Source: a bacterium (GTDB taxonomy: Bacteria; Bacteroidota; Bacteroidia; Bacteroidales; FEN-979). From it: a stretch of 52,927 nucleotides of DNA. The stretch is taken from NCBI GenBank assembly GCA_037131065.1, contig JBAXRT010000003.1:1-52927 (forward strand), written 5' to 3'. The position numbers and the translations under genes are program-made. Within the stretch, counting starts at the first letter, position 1. The number at the start of each line of letters is the position of its first letter. A model generated the notes under the pieces. It saw only the letters and a program-made list of their open reading frames with translations. It made no database searches and had not been told where the DNA came from. This document shows, piece by piece, positions 1 through 9,517 of this stretch.

Positions 1-96
1 GTCTCTTCAGGGTTCACGCTCAGCCTGGTAATCGGGATCAATTTTGGAACGGGCAATTCAAAGAAGCCACCCTCTGCGTCATATAAACATTTTTAA
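1..96 (+). CDS. 3' end of a gene running into the window (possibly an outer-membrane beta-barrel C-terminus)
   Basis: Frame 1 is open from base 1: VSSGFTLSLVIGINFGTGNSKKPPSASYKHF* (TAA 94-96), with an alternating beta-strand pattern. Confidence 0.45.
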   Translation, partial: VSSGFTLSLVIGINFGTGNSKKPPSASYKHF

Positions 97-133
97 CATC
101 AGGGTCCTTCATGACTAAAAATCAAAACAATTA

Positions 134-151
134 TTGTATCTTGCAACAGTT
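134..151. promoter_or_regulatory. Candidate MarR operator overlapping a TAnnTTGC -7 promoter element (copy 1)
   Basis: TTGTATCTTGCAACAGTT; 17/18 identical to 673-690; pseudo-palindromic TTGTA-N3-TGCAAC core. Confidence 0.6.
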
Positions 152-177
152 GTTTAATTTCAATCACTACGATAGTC

Positions 178-630
178 ATGAAAGAGATACCTGTCAGGGA
201 GTTCCGTAACATTTTGCGCCAGTTTGAAAGGGCGGTGGCAGCGCGGAACCAGTCGGCCTGCTGCTGCGGGGTTACCGTCACCCAATGTCACCTTCTGATG
301 GAACTAGATAAAGGAGACAACATCACCCTGAATGAGCTGGCCGATTGTGTCGGGCTGGATAAAAGTACTGTTAGCCGGACAGTGGAAACCCTTGTCAAAA
401 ACAGCCTGATCGACCGCACCATTCCGAAGAACAACCGAAGGACCACCCTGATCACCCTTACAAAAAAGGGGAAAGCGGTATGCAGGACGATCAATACCTC
501 GAATGACGCCTATTTCCGCAAAACCCTGGGGCAAGTACCTGTTGTTCACAGGGCGGGCTTTCTGGAAGGTTTTGAAACACTCACCCGTGCGATGGAATCT
601 CAAAACAAAGCAGGAAAGGTCAAAGTTTAA
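178..630 (+). CDS. MarR family transcriptional regulator with N-terminal Cys cluster
   Basis: wHTH LNELADCVGLDKSTVSRTVETL...NRRTTLITLTKKG; SACCCGVTVTQCH. Confidence 0.9.
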   Translation: MKEIPVREFRNILRQFERAVAARNQSACCCGVTVTQCHLLMELDKGDNITLNELADCVGLDKSTVSRTVETLVKNSLIDRTIPKNNRRTTLITLTKKGKAVCRTINTSNDAYFRKTLGQVPVVHRAGFLEGFETLTRAMESQNKAGKVKV

Positions 631-672
631 CAATAGTTTAACACGAAGAATTTTTATCCGAAGAAATAATGG

Positions 673-690
673 TTGTATATTGCAACAGTT
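673..690. promoter_or_regulatory. Candidate MarR operator/promoter (copy 2) upstream of the thioredoxin-like gene
   Basis: TTGTATATTGCAACAGTT, near-palindromic GTTGTATATTGCAAC; repeat of 134-151. Confidence 0.6.
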
Positions 691-717
691 ATTTTATACA
701 ACATTAATTGAACGAAT

Positions 718-1176
718 ATGAAACGTATTATATTTCTGGCACTGCTCACCCTCGGGATCTGCTCCTGGGGGAAAGCTGAAACGGTGAAATGGTACACCTG
801 GAATGAAGGTTACGAACTGGCAAAAAAAGAGAACAAGCCGATCCTAATCTTTATCCAGGCAAGCTGGTGCAACATGTGCAAGCGGCTGAACGACAAAACC
901 TTTAACAGTGAGGAGGTTTCCAGGGTCATTCTCAGCGATTACATCCCTGTCAAATATGACGTGGATGTTGACCTGAAGGTTGAAAAGGGATTTAATCTGG
1001 ATGGAAAGGATCTTTCGGGAAAGGAACTTCTGATTAAATTTATTCCCAGTCCGCAGCTCGGAGTGCCTCTCACCGTGGTCTGGACACCTGGCAGTGACAG
1101 GAAAGAAGATCTCCAGGGCCTGGCGGATCCTGAGGAGATGAAAGAGTTCCTTAATAAATACAGCAACAAGAAATAG
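718..1176 (+). CDS. Exported thioredoxin-family protein
   Basis: Signal peptide; KENKPILIFIQASWCNMCKRL (WCxxC); cis-Pro loop GVP. Confidence 0.88.
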   Translation: MKRIIFLALLTLGICSWGKAETVKWYTWNEGYELAKKENKPILIFIQASWCNMCKRLNDKTFNSEEVSRVILSDYIPVKYDVDVDLKVEKGFNLDGKDLSGKELLIKFIPSPQLGVPLTVVWTPGSDRKEDLQGLADPEEMKEFLNKYSNKK

Positions 1177-1177
1177 C

Positions 1178-2353
1178 ATGCTGCATTTTCTGCTGGCGGC
1201 TGCTTTTCCCGCATTGCTGCTTGCAACCTCCCCGGAGCCAGTCAGGCTTTCTTCCACATGGCCACCGGCTGGGCCACCAATCCTTTTTGAAATTAAAGGT
1301 CTGGGGAACGGGTATAGCTCCCCACTCATTGCCAGCGACAGGCTATATGTGACAGGGGAGACCGACAGCACCGGGTACCTCTTTTCCTTTGATCTGAAAG
1401 GAAAACTGATCTGGAAAATACCTTACGGAAAGGAGTGGACGATCCAGTTCCCCGGCCCCCGGTCGGATCCCTCCGTGGTTGACGACCTGATCTACCTCAC
1501 CACGGGACACGGCTATATCCTTTGTCTCGAGAGACAGACAGGAAAAAAGCGATGGTTGGTGAACATGGTAAACGATCTGGGAGGAGTCGTGCCCACCTTC
1601 GGCTACTCGATACCTGCCATCTTCGACGGGGATAAGCTCTTCTGTTCCCCGGGAGGCGAGAAAAACAACGTCGTTGCACTTGACCGCTTTACCGGCAAAC
1701 TGATCTGGAGTTCACCAGGAAAGGGGGAGACGGCCGGATACGGGACCCCGCTTTTGATTATCCTCCAGGACCGGAAGATCTTGGTGACATCCTCGGAATT
1801 CTTTATCTTGGGACTCGATGCATCAACCGGGCAGTTACTTTGGTCCTATGAGCTGGCATTCAAAGGGGAGGTCCCCTGCAATACACCCCTGTTTGACAGG
1901 AAAAACATCTATTGGATCGCCGGTCCGGGAAATGGGGCTGTCGCGGCAAAACTTTCCCCCGGCGGAGATGAAATCAGTGTGGCTTGGAAGAACCCACTCT
2001 TTGATACCTTTTTTGGTGATTTCATCCATATCGGTGACCACCTCTACGGATCGAGCGATGCGCTTCGTCAATACCTCTCAGTAAACCCGGCAGACGGGAC
2101 TATCTCTGATTCGCTCTCTTTCGGGATCGGATCAATCACCAGGGCAGGGGATATGATGATTGCTTACAACCAGCGGGGACAAGTCGGCCTGATCCGTCCT
2201 GAAGAAGGGAATATGACCCTGGTCAGTTCATACCGTGTGACCAAAGGGACAAAGGAACACTTCAGCCATCCCGTTTTTCATGAAGGTATTTTATTTATAC
2301 GCCACGGTGATGTTCTTTTGGCATTCAATCTTGTTGCCAATGAACAGAAGTGA
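1178..2353 (+). CDS. PQQ-like (BamB-type) beta-propeller repeat protein
   Basis: Signal peptide; repeated blades (SSPLIASDRLY, ALDRFTGKLIW, GLDASTGQLLW). Confidence 0.85.
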   Translation: MLHFLLAAAFPALLLATSPEPVRLSSTWPPAGPPILFEIKGLGNGYSSPLIASDRLYVTGETDSTGYLFSFDLKGKLIWKIPYGKEWTIQFPGPRSDPSVVDDLIYLTTGHGYILCLERQTGKKRWLVNMVNDLGGVVPTFGYSIPAIFDGDKLFCSPGGEKNNVVALDRFTGKLIWSSPGKGETAGYGTPLLIILQDRKILVTSSEFFILGLDASTGQLLWSYELAFKGEVPCNTPLFDRKNIYWIAGPGNGAVAAKLSPGGDEISVAWKNPLFDTFFGDFIHIGDHLYGSSDALRQYLSVNPADGTISDSLSFGIGSITRAGDMMIAYNQRGQVGLIRPEEGNMTLVSSYRVTKGTKEHFSHPVFHEGILFIRHGDVLLAFNLVANEQK

Positions 2354-2413
2354 AGAGGCCGTGATCATTCTTGAAAAGATGTTCAAAAAAAAACTTCCCA
2401 GGTAACAGGCTGC

Positions 2414-4762
2414 CTAGAACTCTACTTTATAACTCAACAGCGGTATGATCCCCAGCGATTTGACCGGTTCGATCGTTTTTGTGAAATCATTGTAAACATA
2501 CCCGACATCCGGTGTCTGGTTCAGCAGGTTCCTGACCTGGATTGCCCATATCCCGGAGAATTTTTTATGATTCGTCCGGTACGTGATCGTGAGATCGAGG
2601 TAGAAAAACGGTGGGAGTTGCGGATTATAGGCATTGGCTTCATCGAGGATCTCCCGGTGCTGTGAAACCGACTGCTCCAGGTCGATCGGCACGTAGTGCT
2701 CACCGCCCGTTATGCTTGCTTTCAGGTTTACCCCTAAAATGTTCTTCTTCCGGATCGTCCATTCCTTCCCGCCCAGCAGGTTGATCACAAAGTTCGAATT
2801 GAACCGCGTGCTCCGTTCAATCCCGTCGCCTCCTTTGTATACGGAAGAAAAGAGGGAGACGGTTGCCAGGTAATAATACTGTTTTGTCAGGAATTTTTCG
2901 AAGGTGATATCCACGCCGGCATTCCTGCCCGATCCAGTGTTGGCCAGCGGCTGGTTGTAATAACCGCCGGTGCTGTTGATGAGAGAGTAGAAACTTCCTG
3001 GTGTGACCGGCACATCATACAGCAGCTGGTAATAGGTTTCAAGCTTCAGGCGCATGTCGCTGCGGATAAGGAAATCGTAGCCGAGGACGATATGGTGTGC
3101 CCTGCTGAAGTTCAGCGAGCGGTTGGCCTGAGTGACCCCTCCGGTTTCTGCCGGGATCTCTGCAAGGTAAACGCCCACATCTTCAAGCTGGGAGTGGAGC
3201 CCGTAGCCAGCGCTCAGCGCATGTTTCGGGGCAAACTGCCAGCGAAGGGCAAGCCGCGGCTCGAGCGAATAGTGGCTGTTAAGCAGGAAAAACATGAAAT
3301 CGGCCCCGGCTGTGAAATAGAGATTGTTGGTGAAGTCAATGCGCGTCTCGGCAAAAGCCTGAATGAGTGAGGTGTTTCCGCTTCCCTTGTCAATCTGTCC
3401 GAATACCCCGGTAAGGGGATTTCTCTTTTTCATATCAAGGTCATAGAAAAGCCATGTATAGGTGAAACCACTCCTGATGGTATAACGGCTGCCGAACTTC
3501 TGGTTGTAACTGACCGAGGCGGTAAAACGGTAGTTGCGGTATTTGATACTATCCTCGGGATGCAGCAAATAACCAGAGGAGTAAAGACATTCATTCGCAA
3601 CAATGTCGTTATACGTGGCGGAGAGATAGGAGCGGAAGTAGGCCTGCCTGGTCACAAAGATCTGGTGGACCAGTGCGATGGCGCCCATCTTGTTGTTTAG
3701 CGTTGACTGTGAGCGGTCTTCCAGCGTTTTCCAGTTTAAGGAATCCTGTTCTGCCGGCGAATTAAGATGAGAAAGACCGCCGATACCCACAATGCTGAAA
3801 GTGCCTGCCTTTGGAGTGGGAAGATGGATCTTGAACGAAAGATCCTGGAATGAGGGGATCCGGTTCTTCATCCATGGATCGATGAACTGAAGAAGGTAAA
3901 GTATTGAATAGCGGTAGTTGAACAGGTATGACGATGTGTGTTTTTTACTGAAGGGTCCTTCAGCAGAAACATCAAGTCCCTGGAACCCCAGCTGGATGGC
4001 ATATTCATGCCGCTGGTTATTCCCGTTCCGGAAGCGCATGTCGAAGACCCCCGAGATCGCATTCCCGAACTGCGCGGGGAAAGCAGCCGTGTAAAAGTCG
4101 GAATTGGAAAGCACCTGGCCGCTGAAGATGGTAAACCCTCCGCCGGAGGTGCCGACAAAAGCGAAATGGTTCGGGTTGGGGATGTCCATACCCTCCACCC
4201 TCCAGAGTAAACCCTTCGGGCTGTTGCCGCGGATCATGATCTGGTTGGAGTTGACCCCCGGGTTGGCGACCACCCCGGCGAAGTTCGATACGGCACGCAT
4301 GGGATCATCAAGGGAACCGGCGTAGCGACGGGTCTCTTCCACGTTGAATGACCTGGAACTTACCATTGCCATGGGGTTGAGCGTCTTGTCCTTGGCAACA
4401 TCTCCCCTGATTTCTACTTCACCGGCATTGACAACCATCTCCTCCATCTCGATGGTAAGGACACTCTGCTTGCCGGAAGAGACAAGGATTTCAGGAAGGA
4501 ACACCGTCTTGTAACCCACAAAGCTAACCTTGATCGTTTGTCTCCCGACGCTGACCTTTTCAATTACAAATATCCCTTCGCGGTTGGTGGTTGCGCCGAG
4601 CAGGGGATCGCTGTTTATGACCACCACATTGGCTCCCTCGAGGCCGGACTTCGATTCGGCATCGACCACCTTGCCCCGGATGGACTGGGTTGGAGTCTGT
4701 GCATGGCTTACCAGCACCATTGCCAGAAAAGAGGAAAGAAATATGGTGCTTCTAAGCTTCAA
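2414..4762 (-). CDS. TonB-dependent receptor with N-terminal carboxypeptidase-regulatory-like domain
   Basis: Signal peptide; IRGKVVD..LEGANV..SFVGY; plug motifs IRGNSP and GVFDM; C-terminal YKVEF; TTG start. Confidence 0.9.
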   Translation of the reverse strand: MKLRSTIFLSSFLAMVLVSHAQTPTQSIRGKVVDAESKSGLEGANVVVINSDPLLGATTNREGIFVIEKVSVGRQTIKVSFVGYKTVFLPEILVSSGKQSVLTIEMEEMVVNAGEVEIRGDVAKDKTLNPMAMVSSRSFNVEETRRYAGSLDDPMRAVSNFAGVVANPGVNSNQIMIRGNSPKGLLWRVEGMDIPNPNHFAFVGTSGGGFTIFSGQVLSNSDFYTAAFPAQFGNAISGVFDMRFRNGNNQRHEYAIQLGFQGLDVSAEGPFSKKHTSSYLFNYRYSILYLLQFIDPWMKNRIPSFQDLSFKIHLPTPKAGTFSIVGIGGLSHLNSPAEQDSLNWKTLEDRSQSTLNNKMGAIALVHQIFVTRQAYFRSYLSATYNDIVANECLYSSGYLLHPEDSIKYRNYRFTASVSYNQKFGSRYTIRSGFTYTWLFYDLDMKKRNPLTGVFGQIDKGSGNTSLIQAFAETRIDFTNNLYFTAGADFMFFLLNSHYSLEPRLALRWQFAPKHALSAGYGLHSQLEDVGVYLAEIPAETGGVTQANRSLNFSRAHHIVLGYDFLIRSDMRLKLETYYQLLYDVPVTPGSFYSLINSTGGYYNQPLANTGSGRNAGVDITFEKFLTKQYYYLATVSLFSSVYKGGDGIERSTRFNSNFVINLLGGKEWTIRKKNILGVNLKASITGGEHYVPIDLEQSVSQHREILDEANAYNPQLPPFFYLDLTITYRTNHKKFSGIWAIQVRNLLNQTPDVGYVYNDFTKTIEPVKSLGIIPLLSYKVEF

Positions 4763-4779
4763 ATATCAGGGGTTAAACA

Positions 4780-6042
4780 TCAAAGCTTCACCAGGCTCCC
4801 GGTGGCCGAGTTGTACCATGCAACACGTTTCCACTCAAAGCCATTTGGAAGCAGGGGGCTGACGGCCCAGAAATCGTAATTACCCATGGCACGGTCCCCC
4901 GACTCGTTGAGCATCGTATTGCCGGAAGCGCCGAAGTAATGATCCGACTGGTCCGTGAAGTACTGCTTCATTTTCAGGATATCGTTGTTTCCTTCAAGAG
5001 CAAGAATGGTCCGCACTATTACCCACAGGGCATCATAGGCCGTGAGGGCATACACATCAGGCTGACGCCCGATGATGGCAGCGATCCTTGCCTTCAGGGG
5101 CTCCCAGATATACCGGGCGGATTCATCCAGGCCATAGAGTGGGCATGGCAACCCGTGAAGGGAGGCAAAGCGGGCTGCGGCCGAATCTGCGAAGAGTGAA
5201 CTGTTGAGGGCATAGGCCGAACCCCCGTACCAGCGTACTTTTAAAAGGTTTGCTTTTTCCCGTGCACCCTTCAGGATGGCAGTTCCTTCGGCAAAGGAGA
5301 GAAGGTAAACACCAACCTCCGACTGTCCATAAGCCTGGAGGGCTTCTCCAACGGCATCGTCAAGATCGGCAAGGATTACAGGAAGATTCATCTCGCTGAC
5401 ATTATATTTCACCGGAGAAGCAACACTGCCGCCCTGGGCGGTAAAGTCCTTGGATGTCGCGCCCAGCAGGTCATTTCCCCAAACATCATCGCGGATAACG
5501 GGGATAAGCCTTTTGATCTTGTTATCGCTAAGCATGGCCGTCATGGCTTCTCCCTGTATCTTGTCGGAGGAGACAAACCGGAAGATGTTATCGCCGGGAA
5601 TGGCAAGGGAGACGGCAACACTCGAAGGACTGATAACCAGCATTCCGTTCCGGTCGGCAAAGGGTTTGATGTGAGCAAGCTCGGCACTGCTGTATGGACC
5701 GATCACCCAACGGATCCCCTGTGAGAGGAAATTGCGCAGTTTTTCCAGGGCAATGGCAGTATCGGTCTTGGTATCTTCCACGATGAGGTTCAGTCCCGCA
5801 TTCATCCCGAGGGAGTTAAGCCAGGCCTGTATGTCGCTCTTTGCCAGCTGCAGGGATACCTGGGAGTTTTCTCCGGATGAGTAGCCTGATCCGGAGAGGG
5901 AAAGCAGTACTCCGACCCTGATCTCATTGCCCCGGAAGGGCTCATAGTTCACCTCTTTTGATTTGCTGCAGCCGGTGAGGATGATGAGAAACAGGAATAA
6001 TAACGGAATAACTCCTGCCGTTTTGAAACATGGCGTTTTCAT
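4780..6042 (-). CDS. Type I periplasmic-binding-protein (LivJ-like) lipoprotein
   Basis: Lipobox LTGC; IRVGVLLSLSG, VEDTKTD, VIGPYSS, NIFRF, AYDALW. Confidence 0.82.
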   Translation of the reverse strand: MKTPCFKTAGVIPLLFLFLIILTGCSKSKEVNYEPFRGNEIRVGVLLSLSGSGYSSGENSQVSLQLAKSDIQAWLNSLGMNAGLNLIVEDTKTDTAIALEKLRNFLSQGIRWVIGPYSSAELAHIKPFADRNGMLVISPSSVAVSLAIPGDNIFRFVSSDKIQGEAMTAMLSDNKIKRLIPVIRDDVWGNDLLGATSKDFTAQGGSVASPVKYNVSEMNLPVILADLDDAVGEALQAYGQSEVGVYLLSFAEGTAILKGAREKANLLKVRWYGGSAYALNSSLFADSAAARFASLHGLPCPLYGLDESARYIWEPLKARIAAIIGRQPDVYALTAYDALWVIVRTILALEGNNDILKMKQYFTDQSDHYFGASGNTMLNESGDRAMGNYDFWAVSPLLPNGFEWKRVAWYNSATGSLVKL

Positions 6043-6096
6043 CGGGAGTGAAGTTGGTTTTTACAAGGAATAAAGGTAGGAAAAATTCATTTGAGA

Positions 6097-7164
6097 TCAA
6101 TGGTTCCTGCCGTAAATCATGGTAAACAGTCCAAGGTTTTCATTCCCGAAACAGGTTGAGTCGCAGAGGCAACTGAAATCCTTCCCGAGCCCGTCGGTGA
6201 AGACCTGGTGCCACTGGGACCTGAGCATGTGATAATCTGTGCGTTTTCCCCGGGGTTCGGTGAAAAAGTAGATGGCTTCCGACATCAGGAACCGGTCGAT
6301 GCTCGAGATTGCGAGTTCCACCGTGGCATCGTGGGCGAAGATGAAATCCATCAGGGCTCCATACGACTGGTAAACGGAGAGCGCCAGTTCGGGAGAATGC
6401 AGATCAGGGGTATCGTTATCTGCATCCAGTTCAAAGAGGATAAAGAACCCGATATGATCATTTAGCTTTTTCAGATGGAGCAACTTGGTTTCGTAAGGCA
6501 TATGGTGATAGGACAACGAAGCCAGCGCAATGTCGTAATATCCGCTGATGTTCTCCGAGATGGCTTCGATCCTGGCCTGCGAGGTCCTTATCCTTGCTTC
6601 AGGGAAAAGCCTTGAAACATTCTCTTTTGCCAGTCGCAGCATCCCTTCCGAAGGGTCGATCAGAAGAATCTCCTCCACAGCCTTGACACTCCCGGCTTTC
6701 AAAAGGTCGGTGAGCAGGTCGGCCAGCACCATCCCGTGGCCGCAGCCGATATCCATGATCTTTAACGGTCTTGTGAACCGGGGAAGTGCATGGAGACAGT
6801 GGGTCCTGAAGTTTCTCCTTGAATCTACCAGGACAGGTGTCCCTGCAAAGTGAACGTAAGGAGCGGGATCCGCAAAAATAACTTCGGGGATGACGAGCCT
6901 GCCATTGTTCCGGCCAAGATAACTGGCGAGAAAAGCATTTGAAAACAAACCGCCTTGCTCACCGGCCATACCGGAAATGATCCATTCACGCCCGGCCTCG
7001 TTCATGTTCTTCGAAAGGAGAACGGTTCCGGTGTAATAGTGAAAAGCGGGGATCAGCCCCGGCCTGATATGGTCATTCACCGGAAATACTTTCCCGCCCG
7101 AACCGACTGATTTGCCTGCAAGGGATCTCCAGTCCTTACTTTCGGCGTTGCCAAGAAAAAGCAT
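6097..7164 (-). CDS. Class I SAM-dependent methyltransferase
   Basis: Motif I IMDIGCGHG, IDPSEGML, YDIALASLSYHH. Confidence 0.85.
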   Translation of the reverse strand: MLFLGNAESKDWRSLAGKSVGSGGKVFPVNDHIRPGLIPAFHYYTGTVLLSKNMNEAGREWIISGMAGEQGGLFSNAFLASYLGRNNGRLVIPEVIFADPAPYVHFAGTPVLVDSRRNFRTHCLHALPRFTRPLKIMDIGCGHGMVLADLLTDLLKAGSVKAVEEILLIDPSEGMLRLAKENVSRLFPEARIRTSQARIEAISENISGYYDIALASLSYHHMPYETKLLHLKKLNDHIGFFILFELDADNDTPDLHSPELALSVYQSYGALMDFIFAHDATVELAISSIDRFLMSEAIYFFTEPRGKRTDYHMLRSQWHQVFTDGLGKDFSCLCDSTCFGNENLGLFTMIYGRNH

Positions 7165-7174
7165 AGTTTTTTAA

Positions 7175-7182
7175 CAAATGTA
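7175..7182 (-). promoter_or_regulatory. Bacteroidetes -7 promoter element
   Basis: TACATTTG on the minus strand, 10 nt upstream of the 7164 ATG. Confidence 0.5.
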
Positions 7183-7289
7183 CAAAATGGTCCCGTTAAT
7201 ATCTGATCCGGTCGGGGAAAATTTCCTTTTTCCTTTTTCTTTTAAATTCTATGGCAGCAGCATGATCTGCCCTGATTTAAAATGGCCGG

Positions 7290-9395
7290 TCAATGTGCCG
7301 TGCAGATGACACTTTTCGGATTGGCCTGGTAGGCCCGCTGGATCTCCGTTCCCCCATCCAGCACCTTGGCTTCAGAGATATCGTCGCCCTGAACTTCGGT
7401 AATCTTGATCGACCCGATCTCTTTTGTCCTCTTGACTTTTCTCCCCTCGTACTCACGGAAGGTGATCTCATAAACAGTCAGTTTCATGTTCTTGTCCAGT
7501 CCCAGGGCTTTCCCTCCCAGGATCTCAAGCATCAAAGCCTCGCCATTCTTCTCCTCCAGGATGGCTGTCACCGGGAAGGTGAGCGGAAAGGACTCCTCGA
7601 TGAACTTCTCCACCGACCGCCTCATCCCCTGGATGGTCTTCAGCAGGGCGTTGTGGTCTGTATCATAAGACATATTGATATAACCGCCGATGGCACCATA
7701 GCTGTCGAACTCCTTAAGTTCACCGATCTCGCCGGTCTCCACATTGACAATCTTCAGGGTGAAGATCACATGCCCGGTAAATGCCGGGCTTCCTGTAATC
7801 GAAGTTGCCGCCTTCGTTGAGATATTCCTCACGTTGCCAAAGACAAGATATTGCACCCCGAGGGACTTGCCGACGTTGCGGTAGCTGTTGGCGCTGGCCG
7901 GATCTACGGGTGTATTGCCCAGGTTACTGTCGAGCAGGGTCCGCTGCAGCCGGTCAGGATCAAAAAGGGTAAACCTGCCCGAGGTAACAAATGCCTGGGA
8001 GACAACCTCCGAAATCTGGTTGATATATTCCGGGCTGTAATTGAAATCGGTATGGAAGGGTAACAGCCCGATGGTGGTCTTTGAATTCTGGGTGAATCCC
8101 TGAAATGAAAGAACCAGGAAAATAATGAGCATCTCAAATAAATTTCTCACAAATCTTGCATTTCCGAACGAGGAGGAGCCCCTCTCCGTGCAGTTTTCAA
8201 AATAGTTCCTTACAAGGCCAAGATTATCGGCTGAGATCCTGAATCCTTTTTTTCTACAAATGAAACTGTAAATCTCTGTTAGTTCATCAACGGAATAATT
8301 ACTGAAGAGAAAATTTCTGGTGAACCGGGAGGCCAGTCCCGGGCTCGAGCCAACCACCTCTTTCATCAGGTCGGTGTACCCTGCCAGGATCACGATAAGC
8401 TTGTCACGGTCATCTTCCATTCTTTTGAGAAGGGTGTCGATCGCCTCCTGCCCGAATCCGCCGCGGAGATCGGCGGCAAGGGAGTAAGCCTCATCGATGA
8501 AGAGAATCCCGTCCATGGCCGAGTCAATGGCCTTGTTGGTCTTAATGGCGGTCTGCCCGACATATTCCGCAACAAGCCCTGAGCGGTCGACCTCGACCAC
8601 ATGGCCACTTTTCAATAGACCCATGGCATGATAGATTCGGCCCAGGAGCCTGGCAACGGTGGTTTTTCCCGTACCCGGCGGACCGGTAAAAACGGAATGA
8701 AGAGAGAGAGGATTGGCTGAGAGCCCCTCTTTCTGTCTCTTCTGCTCAATCCTGATGTATTTCATCAGACCATCCACCACCTCCTTTACCTTCCGGAGGC
8801 CGGTAAGTTTCATCAGTTCACTCATGGCAAGCTCGAACTGTACCTCATCGGGCGCGGATGCATCTGACCCGCTCTTGTCCAATGATTCCTTCACTTTAAC
8901 CGATCTTGGTTTTTTCTTCGTCTCCCTGGGTTTCTTCGATGTCTGGTCGTTGTAATCCTCTTCCGTCATCGACATCACTGCTACCCACAATCCATTACCG
9001 GCGGTGAGACTCGATACCCAGTATCCTTCGTTCCGTTTTTCGGAGATATCCTGTTCTGGGAAAGCCGATCGGTAAGCCCATGACTGGTAAAGGATCGGAG
9101 ATCCTTTCGAAACCACCAGCAGCCACTTGCTTTCGCCATAGGCTATGGTGGTAATGATATACCCCTGTTTCCAGTAATCATCAATCGCCTTTTCAGGAAA
9201 ATCCTTTGAAAGCTCCCATTTCTGTTCAAGAGCCTGTTCCGATCTGGAGAGAACCACCACCCAGCGGTTGACGCCATAAGTGACGAAGGAGATATGGAAT
9301 CCTGATTTCACAGCCTTCTCCACATCGCGGTTAGGGAATTTACTCCCGCTCCTCCACTCCTGATCCGAAAACCCGGTGCCCTGCGACATGACCAA
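7290..9395 (-). CDS. Chimeric protein: W/YG-rich repeats (DUF7477-like) + SpoVK/CbxX-family AAA+ ATPase + CsgG/FlgT-like exported domain
   Basis: Repeats FP..I...W..GY.I..IAYG...W..V.S; LTGLRKVK, Walker A GPPGTGKT, Walker B LFIDEAY, LAGY, GLASRF, FGNARFVRN; then a signal-like MLIIFLVLSFQGFTQ and a CsgG/FlgT-like region (RFTLFD, LGVQYLVFG, LKIVNVETGEI). Confidence 0.75.
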   Translation of the reverse strand: MVMSQGTGFSDQEWRSGSKFPNRDVEKAVKSGFHISFVTYGVNRWVVVLSRSEQALEQKWELSKDFPEKAIDDYWKQGYIITTIAYGESKWLLVVSKGSPILYQSWAYRSAFPEQDISEKRNEGYWVSSLTAGNGLWVAVMSMTEEDYNDQTSKKPRETKKKPRSVKVKESLDKSGSDASAPDEVQFELAMSELMKLTGLRKVKEVVDGLMKYIRIEQKRQKEGLSANPLSLHSVFTGPPGTGKTTVARLLGRIYHAMGLLKSGHVVEVDRSGLVAEYVGQTAIKTNKAIDSAMDGILFIDEAYSLAADLRGGFGQEAIDTLLKRMEDDRDKLIVILAGYTDLMKEVVGSSPGLASRFTRNFLFSNYSVDELTEIYSFICRKKGFRISADNLGLVRNYFENCTERGSSSFGNARFVRNLFEMLIIFLVLSFQGFTQNSKTTIGLLPFHTDFNYSPEYINQISEVVSQAFVTSGRFTLFDPDRLQRTLLDSNLGNTPVDPASANSYRNVGKSLGVQYLVFGNVRNISTKAATSITGSPAFTGHVIFTLKIVNVETGEIGELKEFDSYGAIGGYINMSYDTDHNALLKTIQGMRRSVEKFIEESFPLTFPVTAILEEKNGEALMLEILGGKALGLDKNMKLTVYEITFREYEGRKVKRTKEIGSIKITEVQGDDISEAKVLDGGTEIQRAYQANPKSVICTAH

Positions 9396-9509
9396 TGCCC
9401 AGATTCCATCGCCATAGGCAAGACCTGTGATGAAATAATTCTCCTTTCACCCCTCCTCAACCGTATCGGCGGGGAATGTCCTGTATATTACGAATTCTTC
9501 TCTCTTCAT
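9396..9509 (-). pseudogene. In-frame 5' extension of the AAA chimera, interrupted by TGA at codon 21
   Basis: ATG 9509 reads MKREEFVIYRTFPADTVEEG*KENYFITGLAYGDGIWA in frame with 9395; the stop (9449-9447) sits where a downstream repeat has Trp (DDYWKQGY). Confidence 0.75.
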
Positions 9510-9517
9510 AATCTTTC

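Noticed and set aside
9447-9449. Selenocysteine or genetic-code reassignment at the in-frame TGA
   Set aside because: The aligned residue is Trp, not Cys; no SECIS-like hairpin was recognised; TGA terminates many genes here
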